Origin: the human T2T-CHM13v2.0 reference genome, Homo sapiens
Direction: 5' to 3' (one strand)
NCBI RefSeq assembly: GCF_009914755.1
Contig: NC_060928.1
Length of the DNA stretch: 64,000 nt
This document shows positions 41,300 to 56,018 of this stretch, one piece after another (positions within the stretch are counted from its first letter, which is position 1; every line of letters begins with the position of its first letter). The position numbers were made by a program, and so were the translations under genes. The notes beneath the pieces were generated by a model. The model had not been told where the DNA came from and did no database searches. It saw nothing but the letters and a program-made list of their open reading frames with translations.

Positions 41300-42950
41300 T
41301 ACATGATGATTACAAGAATAACCTAAAACAAAACTATATTTGTTTTGAAAGTTTAAAATAGAGACTGAAGAAAATATACTATATAGATACTAACTTGAAA
41401 AAAATTTATATATGTAGTAATACTAATGCCAGTAAGAAAAAAATGTAAAACAATGCATCAAAGGGTTCACAATACAGTAAAAGACGTAGAGTCCACTGAG
41501 AAGCCATTTCAATTATAAACCTAACATTACTACCTTTAGATTTCTAAAGGACTTGCATACCTAAACCCTTCGGGGGAAGCAGGAATTTAGTAAAATAGAA
41601 AAGATCTAACATAAATTTAACAAGTTTCTTCTCATAGGTATACATATAAAATCCTGTCTGGATTGACATCTTTTTCAGATACACAAAAACTATTTATGAA
41701 AACTGACCACCAGCTGGGTTCCAAAAGATCACAAACAATTTCAAAGAATTGGTATCTTACAGAACCAATGTTTTTTTACCATGATGTTACAATAGAAATC
41801 GTTAATTAATAGATACTGCAAAAACTTTCTGCAAAAAATTTCTATACGTTTGAAAACTTCAGTAGCCCATGGGTTATAACAGGAAATCCCAATAGGACAA
41901 AAAGAAAAAAAAGAAAGAGAACCAGAACTTTACAATAAAAGGAATACTTTTCCAAACTTGTGGGAAGAAGTTAAAAGAGAAATGGATACATTTATTTAAT
42001 AAATGAAATACATTTATTAAAAACTATAAGACTGAGAATAATAAATTTAAGGTAATTCAACTCAAGAAGTTAGAAAAAGAATGAAAATGTACTTAAACAA
42101 TCTAAAAGGAAGGATTTAATCAAAGCAACAGTATAAAATAGTGAAATATAAACACAGAAATAGAGAGAGCCAAAAAACCAAACAAAATTCTTTGAAGAGA
42201 CTAAAGAGTAAACAAACAGTCTTCCAAGAATGAAAGAGAAAACTTACAAAGAATTTTAGAATTGAAACGCGAATAGCTCTTTATAGAATGGATGGCAAAA
42301 ATCATAAGGGACTACTGTCAGTATTTTCATACAAATAAATTTGAAAATTCAAGGCATTTCAACCACATAATTGACAAAGGATTAATAGAATGATCAAAGA
42401 ATTCCTACAAACTAAAAAGACCACCATTCTTTTTATAAGGAAACATCAAAATGTTCACTACAGTACTAATTGCAGCAGCAAAATGTTTGAAGAAAATGGA
42501 ATATCCTTTACCAGAGAATTGCTAACCCATGGGTCATACAACAGATTTCTACATATATATTAAAGCTATAGGCATCAACAAGGCTTAATCCCTAAAATAA
42601 AACATAAACAAAAACAGAAAATAACATGTTGAAGAATGTATGTTCAGCACAACATAATTTACAAAAAGTTGGATAGATCAATGATATGTGTAAACGTAAA
42701 AAAAACGCATAAAAATATAAATACTAAATTCAGAATATTGGTTAACTTGGTGGAGGAAGGGGAATGAGATTTCTGAAGGCTTATATGGGGGTCTTCAATT
42801 TACCTGTAAGTTTTTTTCTCATAACAATATCTGGAAACATAAGGCAAAATGAAAGAATTTGATAGAGCCCCACCATGGGTCCCTGAGGCTTTTAGGTCTC
42901 TGTCCTCCTCTGTATATTTGGAATATGTCATAAAGAAAAAAAAAATAAAT
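41300..42950 (+). mobile_element. Highly decayed L1M ORF2 and 3' relic
   Basis: A-rich strand with L1 motifs (actcaagaagttagaaaaaga, aaataaatttgaaaattc, aaactgaccaccagctggg). Boundaries approximate. Confidence 0.6.
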
Positions 42951-45247
42951 GGATAAATTTCATATTTCTTTGTTTTTATAAAATATAAGATTAAACCCAA
43001 TTTAGCTTACATTCTGAAAAATTCAGTATACAAGTCTTACCAAAATGTAATAGTTATTTTTTTAATTTTCCATGAAATTGCGTTAAAATTTTTGAGCTGT
43101 ATCTTTTCTGTGATAAATACTCCAGTATCCTCAATATTAAATTGAAGGCCTCCATGGAGTTAATGAAGTTCTTTACGATTTTAAAGCCCTAAACATGTGG
43201 AAAATGGCAGACAGGCTGCCCCGGATCCTGAAAGGTGCTAGGAAACAGAGGGCACAATTTATATGGAAAATAAAGGCCTCAAGAGTCACTCTTCCTCCAG
43301 TCTTGAGATGACTTTTACATAGCTCATATTGGCACTCCGAATGGCCTGCTGACTTTCTACAATCTGAGTGTAATAGAGACAACAACTTTTGACTCCAAAC
43401 GTTCTAAGGTTACTGCCAACAAAACTACTCTTCAGTGTTCAGTAGGAGCACAATGCCTGTAGGATGAAGGGATAAGATGCAAAGAGAATCACTTCCTTCT
43501 CTTCACTATTAAAACGGAAATGTCTTTGAGTGAGTCTTTAGTCAATTCAGTAGTGACGCAAAGATGAAGACATCCTCTGATTAAAATTTCCCATGTAAGA
43601 TGTAAATGTGCACATGTACATGATAATGTAAGTTATATCACACAAAACTAAGAAATAATAACTTACACACAAATCTAAGTTACATCACACATAACTAAGA
43701 AATAGGACTTTCCCATGTTAGAATTAGAACTTGGCTAATAAAATCAGGGGGGCTATAGGGAAAGAGCCTAGACTTCCAAGACCACTGGCTAGGACACTTG
43801 GTAGCAAGATTTGTGGCCCAGTTGCTATTTGTGAAGTCTGCTTCCTCATTTGATAACAACAGTACCTATAATCAGATGTTATTTTAAGGACCAAAACTAT
43901 AGAATATGTTCAATAAATAATTGTTAGAATTTATTGATGGAGGGTAGAAACTAAATGCATGGAAACAGGTGCACAACTGCTAGTTGTCATTGACAGCAAT
44001 TAACTAAAACCTACAAGGAGGAGAAATTTTGCCCCGCCTCTCCTACCTCTAGCCTGATCCTGCTGAAACAGTCAGTGACAGGCAGCTGCTGTGGCATTCT
44101 TAAGGGCTGGTGAATGGTAGTGCTGACTAAAAATCAAACAGCAAATTGTTTATTATTGTTTTGCTTTGGGTCTATTTTGGGGAGGGCCAGGAAATGGCAG
44201 AGGGTGTGAAGGAATGATGTAGAGTCCACAGGATGAAACACTCAAGTGCCAATTCCTTATGTACAGGCTTAAGAAGAGAGAAGCCAGCAACTGCACCTTA
44301 TGGAATTGATTAGCTGTGTGAATTCCTCACGCATGAGTCCATGGCAGCTGGAGTAACAGTATGAAACTGCTCAGCAGGCAGCTCTTTTGGTCACTGGCAG
44401 CTACGATGACCCTTTCATAGGGATGATTTGTTTATTTCTGTGCCCCAAAGAATCTTTGCAAACATAAAGACATACAGAAGGGAGAATATGAGATAGAATA
44501 TTATTTTACCAAAGTTTTAGGAAATTGAGAGTTAGAACAGTTTTATAACTCCTCCCTCATGAATGATGTGGAGAAGTTTACCATTTAATAGTCCACTAAA
44601 GTGCTTTTATTCCTGCATACATGAATTGTTTTAAAATATTTCTATTTAAGGCACAGAAAATGCAAATTAAAATGCATAAGACAATAACAAGGACAATTTT
44701 TACTCTCAATTAATAGTCAATCTTTTAACTGTTATGACTTACTCATCATAAATATAGCATATACTTGCCAGTTTGATACAGAAATACTCAGAAATCTACA
44801 AATTGACTAGGATTATGTGGTTTAATTTATGTCTTTTGGATATCTGATTTCTTTTAGCACTATTATTTGCTAACAAAGCCAAATAAAATTGCATGTACTA
44901 TGTTGCAGACTACAACGTCCTTTCGCCTAGGTTATTCAAATTAATACTTACAATGAACTCATGAGGGAAGTCAGAATATTATTACTGTAACCATATTCCA
45001 GATGATGAACATAAAGCAAAGAGAAATTAAAAGTTATCTGAGGTTAAATAGAGAGTAATTAGGCAGAATTCCAACTTAGTTTTGCTTACTCGAATTTCGA
45101 ATTCTTTCAATGGTCAAAACACAGCATTTATCACTGCAGTGACATACGGACAGTGGAAATACTGCTATGACCTTTAAAACATAGGTCTTAACTTGTTTTT
45201 TTTTTTTTTACTTGAGGTGACTTTACCTCTGTGTTTATTAGGTAGCT

Positions 45248-45740
45248 CATTAGTTTCTCATTGCTGCTGGTGTAAAGTACTACAAGTTTAGTTGCTTAAA
45301 ACATTAGAAATGCATTTTTTTTTACAGCTTTGCAGGTGAAATGTCCAAAATGGTTTTCACTGGGCTACGATCAAGGTGTCTGGCAAAGCCTGTAAGGGGC
45401 TCTGGAGAAGAATACACTTTCTTCCCTTTTCTAGCTTCTAGAAGCTCCATGCTCTCCTTGGCTCATGGCTTCCTTCCACATTCAAAGCCATCAATGACCA
45501 GATGAGTCTTTTTCACATCACACCATTCTGAATCTGACTCCACATCCTCTCTCTTTCACTTATAAAGAGCCTGTAAAGACACTGGAACCATGTAGATAAT
45601 CCAGGATCATAATCTTTCCATCTCAAGATCCTTAATTTAACCACACCTGCAAAACCCCTTCTGCCATGTAGGTAACAAGTCCACAGGTTCCAGGGAGTAG
45701 GTTGTGGACATCTTTGGGGGCCATTATTCTGCTTACCACA
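45248..45740 (-). mobile_element. MaLR LTR (MLT1-type)
   Basis: attagtttctcattgctgct..ttgcttaaaaca..atctcaagatccttaatttaaccacacctgcaaa..ggacatctttgggggccattattctgcttaccaca. Confidence 0.85.
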
Positions 45741-46169
45741 GGTAGATTTGAGTTATCAAAAAACTATCTATCTATACCAGTGTGAAGTGGGATGAATAAA
45801 CATAGGAAAATATTTAAAAGTTTCTTAGGATATCCACTGATAAGTCCTAAAGAGAACTGTTATATATTACATAAAAATATAACTTTCTCAAATATACCTA
45901 CAATTCCTGAAAATACAGATTGTCACAGGGTCTGCACCAACATATACATTCAAATAGAAACCCATGAACTTAAGAGCATTGTCTGTATATTCTATCTGTC
46001 CTATTACAGGTAAGTAATTTCTATATTTCACAGTTTTCATGTAGTTACTTTCATCTGTTGGTTCCAATTCGTATAGATGTATACATTCAGAAATGCATGC
46101 AGATTACCATGCATATATGAGTAGTTTAGAAGACCTTGTTAATAGCCTGCGAGCTGTCCATGGTCTCAG

Positions 46170-46600
46170 TATTTCAGTAGATACCAGTCCAACTTTCAAC
46201 TGTTATCATCTCCACTTTATTCCCTGAGTTTTTGCTCTTACTGCCAGAACCCATGCTGCCCACTTACAGCAGACAGGAGACAAGTAATTATGCTCCCCAG
46301 AGCAGCCCTAAGCCAAAGTTTAACAAGACTTTTTGTATAAATACCCAGCTCCCTTGCATCTTGGTCAGGATAAGTCTGAGTTGTGTGTTCTACACTGTTT
46401 CATAGAGTCCCCTGTAGAATTAAACTCCAGATACCCATAACGATAGCTCGCTTGATAACATACCATTTATTGGGTCCTCTCCCATCCTGTCTCATTTTAC
46501 CATTTTCCTGCCAAAGTGCCCTGGGATTGCCTCCCAGATAGACTCCTTGCCTCAATTCCCTGTCTCAAAGTCTACATCTAGGGAAACCCAAATTAAAACA
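46170..46600 (+). mobile_element. ERVL LTR (LTR16-like)
   Basis: tataaatacccagctccct..tgtgttctacactg..taaactccag..ccctgtctcaaagtctacatctagggaaacccaaattaaaaca resembles LTR16. Confidence 0.7.
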
Positions 46601-47169
46601 CTCAGAAATATTTGCAGATAATTGTTATCATCCATTGACATGCTAGGTAAATACTAAACTATCATACATCCATAATCCTACTGATACACATATTTGTATT
46701 CATATCACTATGAATATTCAACCCATACGTTAATTTCTCTATGATGAATGTATTACCACATTACTGTACAGCCAGTCAGATATTTTTAGGTTGATGACTC
46801 ATCTAAACAGCTGAATAATGTATCAGGTTAAATAATGCATTATTTACTGTAATGCATTGTCAACGCATTACAGTAATGATTTATTATATGAATGCTATAT
46901 TCCTATGCCAGAGATTATTTTATAGATATATTAGTTGATATAGTAAGTTAAGAGAATAATTTGGTACATGGGAGGGAGCATAATGTGATGTAGACATCAA
47001 AGACTATAGGTAAAGTTCTAAGGTCTGAAACACATGAGCTCAAATTCTGACTCTGCCACTGAAATAACTGGATAACCCTGGGCTTATCTCCCACATTCAT
47101 GACTTTTTAAATCTATTAAGTGATAATAACAATATAAATTTATAATATTCTGAGATTAGAGGAGATACT

Positions 47170-47940
47170 ATTTTCTTATTTAATAAAATGTACTAAATGC
47201 TTATAAGCTATTTTTTGAATGTCAAAAATTAGTCTAGGTTCTGGGCATTCAGCTATGAACAAAACACTTTAAAGCTTCTGGAATTTCTACTAAAGAAGTA
47301 GAATCAATTAAGGAATAAACAATAAATGAAGAAAATGAAGTGTTGATGACAATAAACTGAGGGTCATGATAGAAACTGGGTGGCTACTTTAGAACAGATA
47401 AGGAAGGGTAGATTCCCTTAAGGAATTGGTAGCTGGGACCTCCACAAAAAAGAGCCAGTCATGCCCATCTAGGGAAGAACATTCCAGGCTCTTTGAAAAG
47501 AATGTGCTTACATGTTAGACAAGAAAGAGCCGTAGCCTTTTGAAAAGAACGGGCATGGCATGTGATGGGGATGAAAAAAACGTACTCCAATTCTGATAGG
47601 TCTTATCATCCATACAGAGTTTGGATTTTAGTCCAGATATGATGGAAAGAAGTCACTGCTAGGTTAAGATGTAGAAATGATATTATCTCATTTACAATGA
47701 AACACACCCTGATTTCAAGAAGTAGATTAGATTTTAAGGGTGTAAAGCAAGAAAAAGATAGGACAATTAGGTTCTATTGCAATCACCAGAGCAAAGGATG
47801 ATGACAGCTTAGCCTAGAAGAATAACAGGTGAAATGGATGGATTTGGAATATATTTCAGAGGAAGAGAAGCTTTTTGACTTCCTAATAGATTGCTGGAAG
47901 GTTTAGGCAACTAGGTAAAATGAAAAATCAAGGATGTTTG
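47170..47940 (-). mobile_element. L2 relic
   Basis: ctaggttctgggcattcagctatgaacaaaac..gggaagaacattccaggc..gagtttggattttagtcc..aggttctattgcaatcaccagagc. Confidence 0.65.
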
Positions 47941-50239
47941 CTAGATTGGTTATATGAATTACATACAAAGCACTCTGCTCAATTCTGGACATATATTAAA
48001 CACTCAGTAGATGGTAGCTAGACAATAATGCTTGGTGGCTAGAAAAGAGAACTTAAATGTAGACGGTAAAATGAGGAATAAATGGACAGAGTATGTTAAC
48101 AGGTGATGGAAATAAGTATTCATTATTAATTATTCCTTATTCATACTTTTTTTTCTAGGCACCATTCATAATCTAGACCTATATAACTAAACAGTGAATG
48201 TTAGGGGCCATAAAGGAACACACATGTGTACTTGTCTTCAATTCCATTTCAATTACATGCCAATTGAATGGAATAAGCAATAATAAATACACAAGAATTA
48301 GAAGACAAAGGTCCCTAGATCTGTGATAAAAGCTTATAATATCAATATGAGAACAACATTATCCACCTCTTCTAATCTAAGTCATGCCACTGTATGCACA
48401 GAGCATAAAACTATAATGGGTAATTTGATCTGTTAACAACGATTTCAATAATAGAAAGCAAGACTCATACTGCTAACACAATAATATTGGTGCAGTCATA
48501 GATAATCAAATTCTAAAATAATTCTAAATATGTATTACCAGGGCTAAAAAACTTTAAAGAACATCAGCAAAAAAAAAAAGTGCTCTTCATTAACAATTTT
48601 TGTGATTATTCACCACCTTGGGTTTAACTTTTAAATTCTCTTTCTTCTAGTTGAACATACCGTCTGCTAGTTTTCTCCATTGTCTTTTTCAGGTTCCAAT
48701 TCTTTCTCACAGATTTAATTCTCATATAATTATCCTTATGTTTAAAGAGAAATAGTCCTCTTTAATCTACCTGAAATTATAATTAACCTAATTAAAGATT
48801 TGGTGTCCTAAAGGAAAATTTATATTCAGGGAAAGTATAGATTTACCATGTTTTGGGGGAATATTATTCCATTATATTTAATATACTGCCTTTGACTTAA
48901 TCCCCATAAAAGTAAAAACATAACTCCACTGGACAGATCCTGAATCTGAAATTTCATATTTCATAAATCTGAAATTATGTATTCTACTTCTCAACACTTT
49001 CTTTTGTAAATTACTCATTCATTCAATAATATACATTCTTTATTACTTGGTTATGTGTGAAAATTCTTTGTATTTTTAACCCTTAGGAGAGAAGTTATTT
49101 AGACATAGTCTTATTAGAGTGAGAAATAAGACATATTGACAAACAAGTTGTTAGTAGAAGAAAGCAAAGATTGGTTACCAGCAGCAAACAATATTCTATC
49201 ATATATGTGAGGACAAATATTTCCTCAGTTTTGAAGAACAAATAAGTTAATTGCCTCAGTTTTTCTTAATAAAGTTTATTCATAATCATTGTGAGGTTTG
49301 CCACACTTCAGTCACCTCACCGATCTACCAAATGAATATCTAGAAGTTTAATTTCTTTCCCAGTAGTAAATTCATATTTAGATGAACAAGTACCAAGCAT
49401 CAATCATACCAGACACTTCCCAGAGCTAGGACATGCACATTTTTTAATCTTCGCAGCTGGTGCTAGAAAACCTCCGTCTTACTGACTAGAACTGAATTAA
49501 ATGTGGTTATCAATCTCGATTGTTGTCAGGGAGGATGTAAGGTACATTAATAAGTAGCTTCCCAAATCGACAGCTTTCTGACTTGCTGCATTTCTTGCTC
49601 TGAGTAACCTATCTCCAGAAAGTGGGCTCCTCTTCTAACCCTAGTGATTACTTTAGTTTGTGTCCTGTATGCAAAGTCTGATACTTTTCCATGATGTCTA
49701 CCTCTGGCCCCACATTGCATTCAAATACCAGTCGTCATTTACATCCATGCTGTCAATGCTTTTTCTCCTCAGATGCCCAGGTTCTAGCCCTTTCCTGTAC
49801 TCATACCATCACATGGCCATTGTAAACAACAAAACCCTGGTTTCTTTCATGTTATTTAGCTTCCAGTGGCATTTGCTCAGCTGTATCCTTGGCATTGCAA
49901 GCTCATCCCACTGCCATCCAGGGCCAGTGATAACAGCCACGATTACTCATCTAAAAGTTCATTGTTAGCAAATTATATTTTAAATGCCCTAAGAGAGTTT
50001 CCCATTGAAAAGACTGAGACTTTCTGAAAAGCTAAGAAACTAAAATAATACCTTACTGAAGTAAAAACTCAAAAACTATACTTTTTATTGAACTTTGGAA
50101 CTGTCAGGATAAATTTTCTTTTCTTCAACTTATGTTTAGAAATTAAATGTAATAGACTACCCTTTGGAAAGACTTCTTAGACCTGCCAATTTGGGGGTTG
50201 AGCCCATATATTTGGGACAGTGGGGGGAAAAAAGGTACT

Positions 50240-50712
50240 TTGTTCAACCATAAAAAAGAAGGAAATCCGGCCATTTGCAAAAAGATGAATAAAACTAAAG
50301 GGCATTATGCTTAGCAATATAAGCCAGGCACAAAAAGACAAATATGCATGATCACGCTTAAATGTAGAAATTTAAAAAAATCAAATGATAGAAGCAGAGA
50401 GTAGAATGGTGGATACCAGGGGCTTGGGGACTGGTGGGGTGGTCAACGGGGAGATGTTGTGTACAGGGTACAGTTTCAATTAGACAGAAGGGATAATTTC
50501 TGAAGATGTAATATACTCATGGTGACTATGGTAAATAATAATAGAGTAGATTTCAAACATTCTCATCACAAAAAATGATAAGTATGTGAGATGATAATGT
50601 GCTAATCAGTTTGATTTAATCATTCCGCAATGTACTTCAATCAAAACGTCACAGTGTACACCATGCATATAGCCGAGTTTTCATTTCTCATTTTTAAAAA
50701 GTAAAAAAAAAA
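50240..50712 (+). mobile_element. L1MA/MB 3' fragment
   Basis: aaaaaagaaggaaatccggccatttgcaa..ataagccaggcacaaaaagacaaata..gaagcagagagtagaatggtggataccagggg. Confidence 0.85.
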
Positions 50713-52373
50713 TAAAATAATTTAAGTCTTCTATCTCCAAATACATCACTAGAACAAGACATGCTTTTTGGAGAGGAGAGATGCAGCAATTGGTTTATAT
50801 CGCATTTGCCAGTGAAATAAATTTAATTATTGGGACTGTTTGAATAAAATATATTAAAATATTTTTAAAAATTTAAAATGTTAACATGGTATCATTGACG
50901 AAGGCATAGCTTCCAAATTTAGAGAAAATATGTAAAGAAAGAAGTGTTTTTACACAGAAAAAATTAAAAATAGTTAATAACAAGGAGGACATAAAACAAA
51001 TAAGTCGAAATGAGGTAATGCAGTTTTAAAATCATATTCTTGAGGGATAGATCAGGAGATGAAAAATAGGGTATTTTAAGAGATATTTTTAAAGCAGGCT
51101 ATGAAATAATAGGTTTTATTTTCTCTGAATATAGCTTTGGAAAATATAGAGCAAAGAATGGTAAGTTTTAATGGTGATAGTACAGATATATATTTTAAGA
51201 TATTTATGCTTTTTAGAAATTACCTACAAAGATCTTAAAGTTCTTCTGTAACTTGAAAAACAATTCAAAATATAGGCCATTTTTAATTGAATTTTATGCA
51301 TAGGTTTCAATTAAGATATTAGGCAATAGGCTTTTCCCTAATAGCTGCTCCCAAAGAAAAAATAATTTCTCTAGGCAAAGCCATCTTTTAGCGGTTGGTA
51401 GATTTAATCTGACTCAAGCCTCGCTAAAATATCTTCCAATGTTTTTAGGTTATACTGTCTATATATTCTTAATAAATATTTATCAGCCCTGTAACTGAAG
51501 TTTCCCCAGAGTAGTAGGTAAGAAAGAAATGTGATGAGAATTCCACTCCACAGCAAGCTTTTTCTCTTTCCTTTTCTTATCCAACACTCCCCCTCACATA
51601 TCTATGCCAGAATTTTTTCATACGAGCTAAAGCTGTTCTCTAAAACACAGAATGAAAGACTTAGCCCTTTCTCTAGCCAATTTTTCCCATGCATGTGATA
51701 TTGCCAAAGTCATATTTATTCCCCTCAAATACTCCATTCATTAATAATATGCTGACTCCAAAACAATGAATTTTTTTTAAAGAACCGAAGAAATGCGATA
51801 TTGAGGGAGCTTCAAATGGCACTGATCTTAGCTGGATGTATTCTAAGCTTATCATCACTCACTCGTGGTACTAGCAATGATTGTTTCGCACATGGCAAAA
51901 TCATACATAGGTAGGAAAAAGAAGTTTATGATACTGCAAGTCTGGCCCAATGGGCAAAGTTCAAAGATCCCATGAATTTGAAGTGATTTCCTCCACTTCA
52001 GAAGTGGAAGGGGAAAACGTTCTGTATTTTCTTGTGATTGATTTAATAAAAGCAAGTGAATATTTAAAAAAGTATATGATTATAGATCCTATACAAAATT
52101 GTCCTAAAATTGTGAGAAAATTAAATTATACAATTGATGTACTCATATATTTACCTTTACTTGCAATACCTTTTCTCTCAAGTACATTGAGATAATATTC
52201 AGTGTAAGTATCAGTGAGAACTTATTTAAGTCCTCAGCGAACATTCTAATATAAATATCCTTAGCCTAGGATCATAAGTATAAAAATATTGTGAATATAA
52301 AATCATAATATTCAAACTGGTTCATAACTATATGCCCATGCAAGTTTTCTGAGGAGTAAATAATGAGTTTTAT

Positions 52374-52603
52374 AGATGCTCCCTAAATAAAGAAACAAGG
52401 AAACTATGTCACAGTTTTATTAAGATTACAGGAATTTGGAATGTTGAATACTACATTAAGGACAATAGTGAATGAATAAATCAGCAAATACATGATTTTC
52501 AAAGGTGCTCCCTAAATAAACAAGGAAAACAATGTCGCAGTTTTATTAAGATTACAGGAATTTGTAATGTTGAATACTGCATTAAGGACAACAGTGAACG
52601 AAT
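52374..52603. repeat. Diverged direct duplication of about 100 bp
   Basis: 52374-52477 and 52503-52603 share gctccctaaataaa..cagttttattaagattacaggaatttg.aatgttgaatact.cattaaggacaa.agtgaa.gaat. Confidence 0.93.
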
Positions 52604-53151
52604 GTGTGTGGGCCCACGTGTATGTGTCTTCTGTCTCTGATTGTCAGCCAGTTTCCCTACATTATACATGTGCCTATGTAACCTTGGAAAAATAAACATA
52701 TACTTAACACTTTTGTTAACTTTATTATTATAGGACACAGAAATAATAAAAAGGAAGTGCTTTCAGGCAGATGGAAGGGATCAGAGAAGAGACGAAGGCA
52801 TGGAATACAAAATGAAACAGCAGAGAGTGCTAGAATTCAGAGTTGGAAGAAGCCATCAGCCTGGAAGAAAATCTGGCCCAAGACAGAGAAAGGTAAGAAA
52901 GCAATTAAGAGTAAGCTCAGATGTCTCTGACGTATCAGTTTTCTTTAGAATGCATTTATTCTGTGCCAGCGAAGCTCAGGGAAGAGGTGGAAATCTGTTT
53001 CACCCCATACCTATGACTGAAGAGGCTCTGCCTGCACAGCGGATACTATGGTAGCTGATGTCAGATGTAGGCTCAGAACATGAGGCCTGAAACTCACCAG
53101 GTCTTAGGGACAGTTCTAAAATTTCTTATAAAAACTGAATCAGTTATTTCT

Positions 53152-53556
53152 TGGTATAGTTTGAATGTCCCCTCCAAAACTCATGTTGAATTCTAATTGC
53201 CAATGTAAGAATATGGGGGGAGGTGGGGCCTTTAAGAGGTGATTAGGTCATGAAGCCTTTGCCCAGATGGGTGGGTTTAATGCCTTTACAAAAGGGCTTT
53301 CATGTATCATGGGTTCTATCTCTTTGCTCTTCTGTCCGTCTGCCATGTGAGGAGCAACATTCCTCCCCTCCAGAGGACGCAGCCTTCAAAGCGCCACCTT
53401 AGAAGCAGAGACGGGGCCCTCACCAGGCTCCTGACCTGCCAGCAACTTGATCTTGAACGTTTCAATCTCTAGAACTGTGAAAACTAGATTTCTATTTTTC
53501 ATCATGTACCCAGTTTTAGGTATTCTGTCACAGCAGCACAAATCAGACTTAAGACA
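53152..53556 (+). mobile_element. MaLR LTR (MSTC/MSTD/MLT1A-like)
   Basis: tggtatagtttgaatgtcccctccaaaactcatgttgaa..cctttaagaggtgattaggtcatg..acagcagcacaaatcagacttaagaca. Confidence 0.85.
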
Positions 53557-55928
53557 TTTCTGTTTCTAACAGTTCGGTAGAAGACTCTTTCTGAAAAAGT
53601 GCATCTATCTATTTATCTACATACATGCACACATATGTACTTCCATATGTTTAAACATATGTGTGTCTGCATATAAAGATATATTAAGAAGGTAAAGTAT
53701 TCCTAGGGGTGCAAAAATAAAGTGAAATAATTCAGAGAGTATTCAACACTAAGTCATATTCACCCTGGAACAGTTGCTCCAGCTGGTGAACCTGGGCTTT
53801 GAACTTGACAGTTTAACAGGCAACAGAGCCCAGAGCTCTCTTAAAGAGTCTAATAGTAGTTCCCTAAGTTAAGCTAGAACAAATCTATAGTGTCCTCTCA
53901 ATATAAGGGCAAACTAGAAAAATAACTCTGATCTACAGAAGGAGACTGCAAGGAAATTTGCCTGTCTCAACATTTGCTCTGGGTAAAAGGAAGAAAGAAA
54001 TCTCCTCTTTGGGATATAATCAGGAGAAAGCTCTCATCCTAGTTGTGGTCTGAAGTAACACTATCTGTGTGGTTCGAGCAGACTTAAGCCAAAAATACCT
54101 TTGAAAGTGGTCTCTATTTATAGTGTCCACAGGTGCGGAGCACAAGCAAACAAAAAGCTGCTCTAGAGAAATTCATCTTCAACTAATTCCCAAATACAAT
54201 TCCAAGGAAAAAGGACCAAAAGTGAAAGATCAAAAAGCACGCCATTTCTATTAATAATAAATGCATATTTGGGAGATATTATACAACATAATCTCACCAC
54301 ATTGAAAATAAGAGAAAATGAAAAAAAACTATAGTTATAAACATGAATGAATCACAGAGATGATATTAAGATAAAGCAAGTTATAATAATGCAAGTTGCA
54401 AAGAGGTGCATAGAACATCATTCCAATTACATAAATTTCAAAAGCAAAAACTCAATGAAATATTTATAAGGAATACATATACATAAAACTCAATGGGACT
54501 GGTAGTATTTTATTTTTAACTTGAGTAGCGGTACACTGGCATTCATTTATTGTTATAGATCTTAAGTATATGTTATATTCTTTCACGTAATCAATATTTA
54601 ATAGAAATATCTTCAAATAATTTGGTTCATATTAACCCACTGGAAGTAAAGTAAATATTATTACTACTTTCAGAAATGCATGATTTAACCTTACAGGTTC
54701 CATAAGGTTTCTGTATCATTTGAGACATATTTATTAAATTTACTATGTGATGGTTATTGTAATCAGTACTTTAGGTGAATATTTTCCAATTAATCCTCAT
54801 AAGAGTCCTCTAAAAAAAGGTCTTTTTTTTTCTGATTACAGGTGATAAAACTAAGTTTTCAATGGAACGGTATCTCAAACATAGTAAGAGGAATTTAAAC
54901 CAAAGGCCTATCCAAACAAAAATGTGTTCCCTTAGTCACTAAGCCATACTAACGGCACAATAATTATCAAGGTAGTTGACTTAGCAACTTCCACTTCTGA
55001 CCATGATGGAATAGCTTGTGACAAAACAATGTTCCCACTGAGAACAACTAGAAAATATGAGATGAAACGAAAAGCAACAAACACCTATTTGAAGATATAA
55101 CCATAGAGACAGCCAAGCTTTCAGTTGCCAAGATCCTGGGCAGAAACATAAAGTAAGAGAGGTGAGCAGACATTATGAGAGCAACATTTTCCCTTGGGTA
55201 ATATAATATGATAGTCCTTGGATAGGTAAGAGGCTGAAAATCCAGGCAGAAAACAACAGAGTTAACAAAAGTGAGACTGCCAGCATTTTCACAGAGCTGG
55301 AGAGACAAAACATTAAAGTTTGGGCCTTTAAAGGCAGTCAGATTTGAGGGGCTAAGATCACGGACAGAGGGTACATAAAACAAGAGAGAAATGAGGTTCC
55401 CTGATACTTAAGGTTTTCCTTTTGAGGCACTAAGTTTTCAAATTATCCATGGTAAGAAGCAAAGAAGCCAAGCAAATATCTTCTGAAAAGCACAAGAATG
55501 TATGCAACAGTCTCATAGTGCAGAGGTTACAAAAATTGAAGTTCAGAACCCACCAAAGAAAAAAAATCTCGTAAATTCATAGGCTCTGAATGGGTATCCT
55601 GAAAGACAACTCCCAAGGAAAGTGGGTAGGCCATACCAGACTGATACACACAGGCTTCAGAAAAGCTTCTAGCCATGTCATATTCTAATGGAACTGGAGT
55701 GATCTGTCCGCCTTTTAGCTGATTACCAGAGGATACACTGAATCCTCTCTAGAAAGGCAAAACTGCATAGTCTAGACAGTTATAATTTTTAAATAAAACA
55801 TCAAACATTCAATCAAAAGTTTTCAGCAAATAAGAAAAATATCCACAAATAAGACTAACAAAAAAATAGAAAAAATAGACAATAAAAATGAAACTTCAGT
55901 TGTGCTTGATATTAAAATAGGTATTGTA

Positions 55929-56018
55929 TACTCAGGAAGCTGAACTGGGAGGATCTCTTGAGCCCAGAAATTCAAGACCACCTTCAGCAACATAGCAAGA
56001 CTCTGCCTCAAAAAAAAG
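55929..56018 (+). mobile_element. 5'-truncated Alu monomer (FLAM_A-like)
   Basis: tactcaggaagctgaactgggaggatctcttgagcccagaaattcaagacc..gcaacatagcaagactctgcctc(A)n. Perfect 13-bp TSD aaataggtattgt. Confidence 0.85.

Noticed and set aside
43628-43705. Short imperfect duplication (gttatatcacacaaaactaagaaata / gttacatcacacataactaagaaata)
   Set aside because: Ordinary slippage product, too short to support a functional claim.
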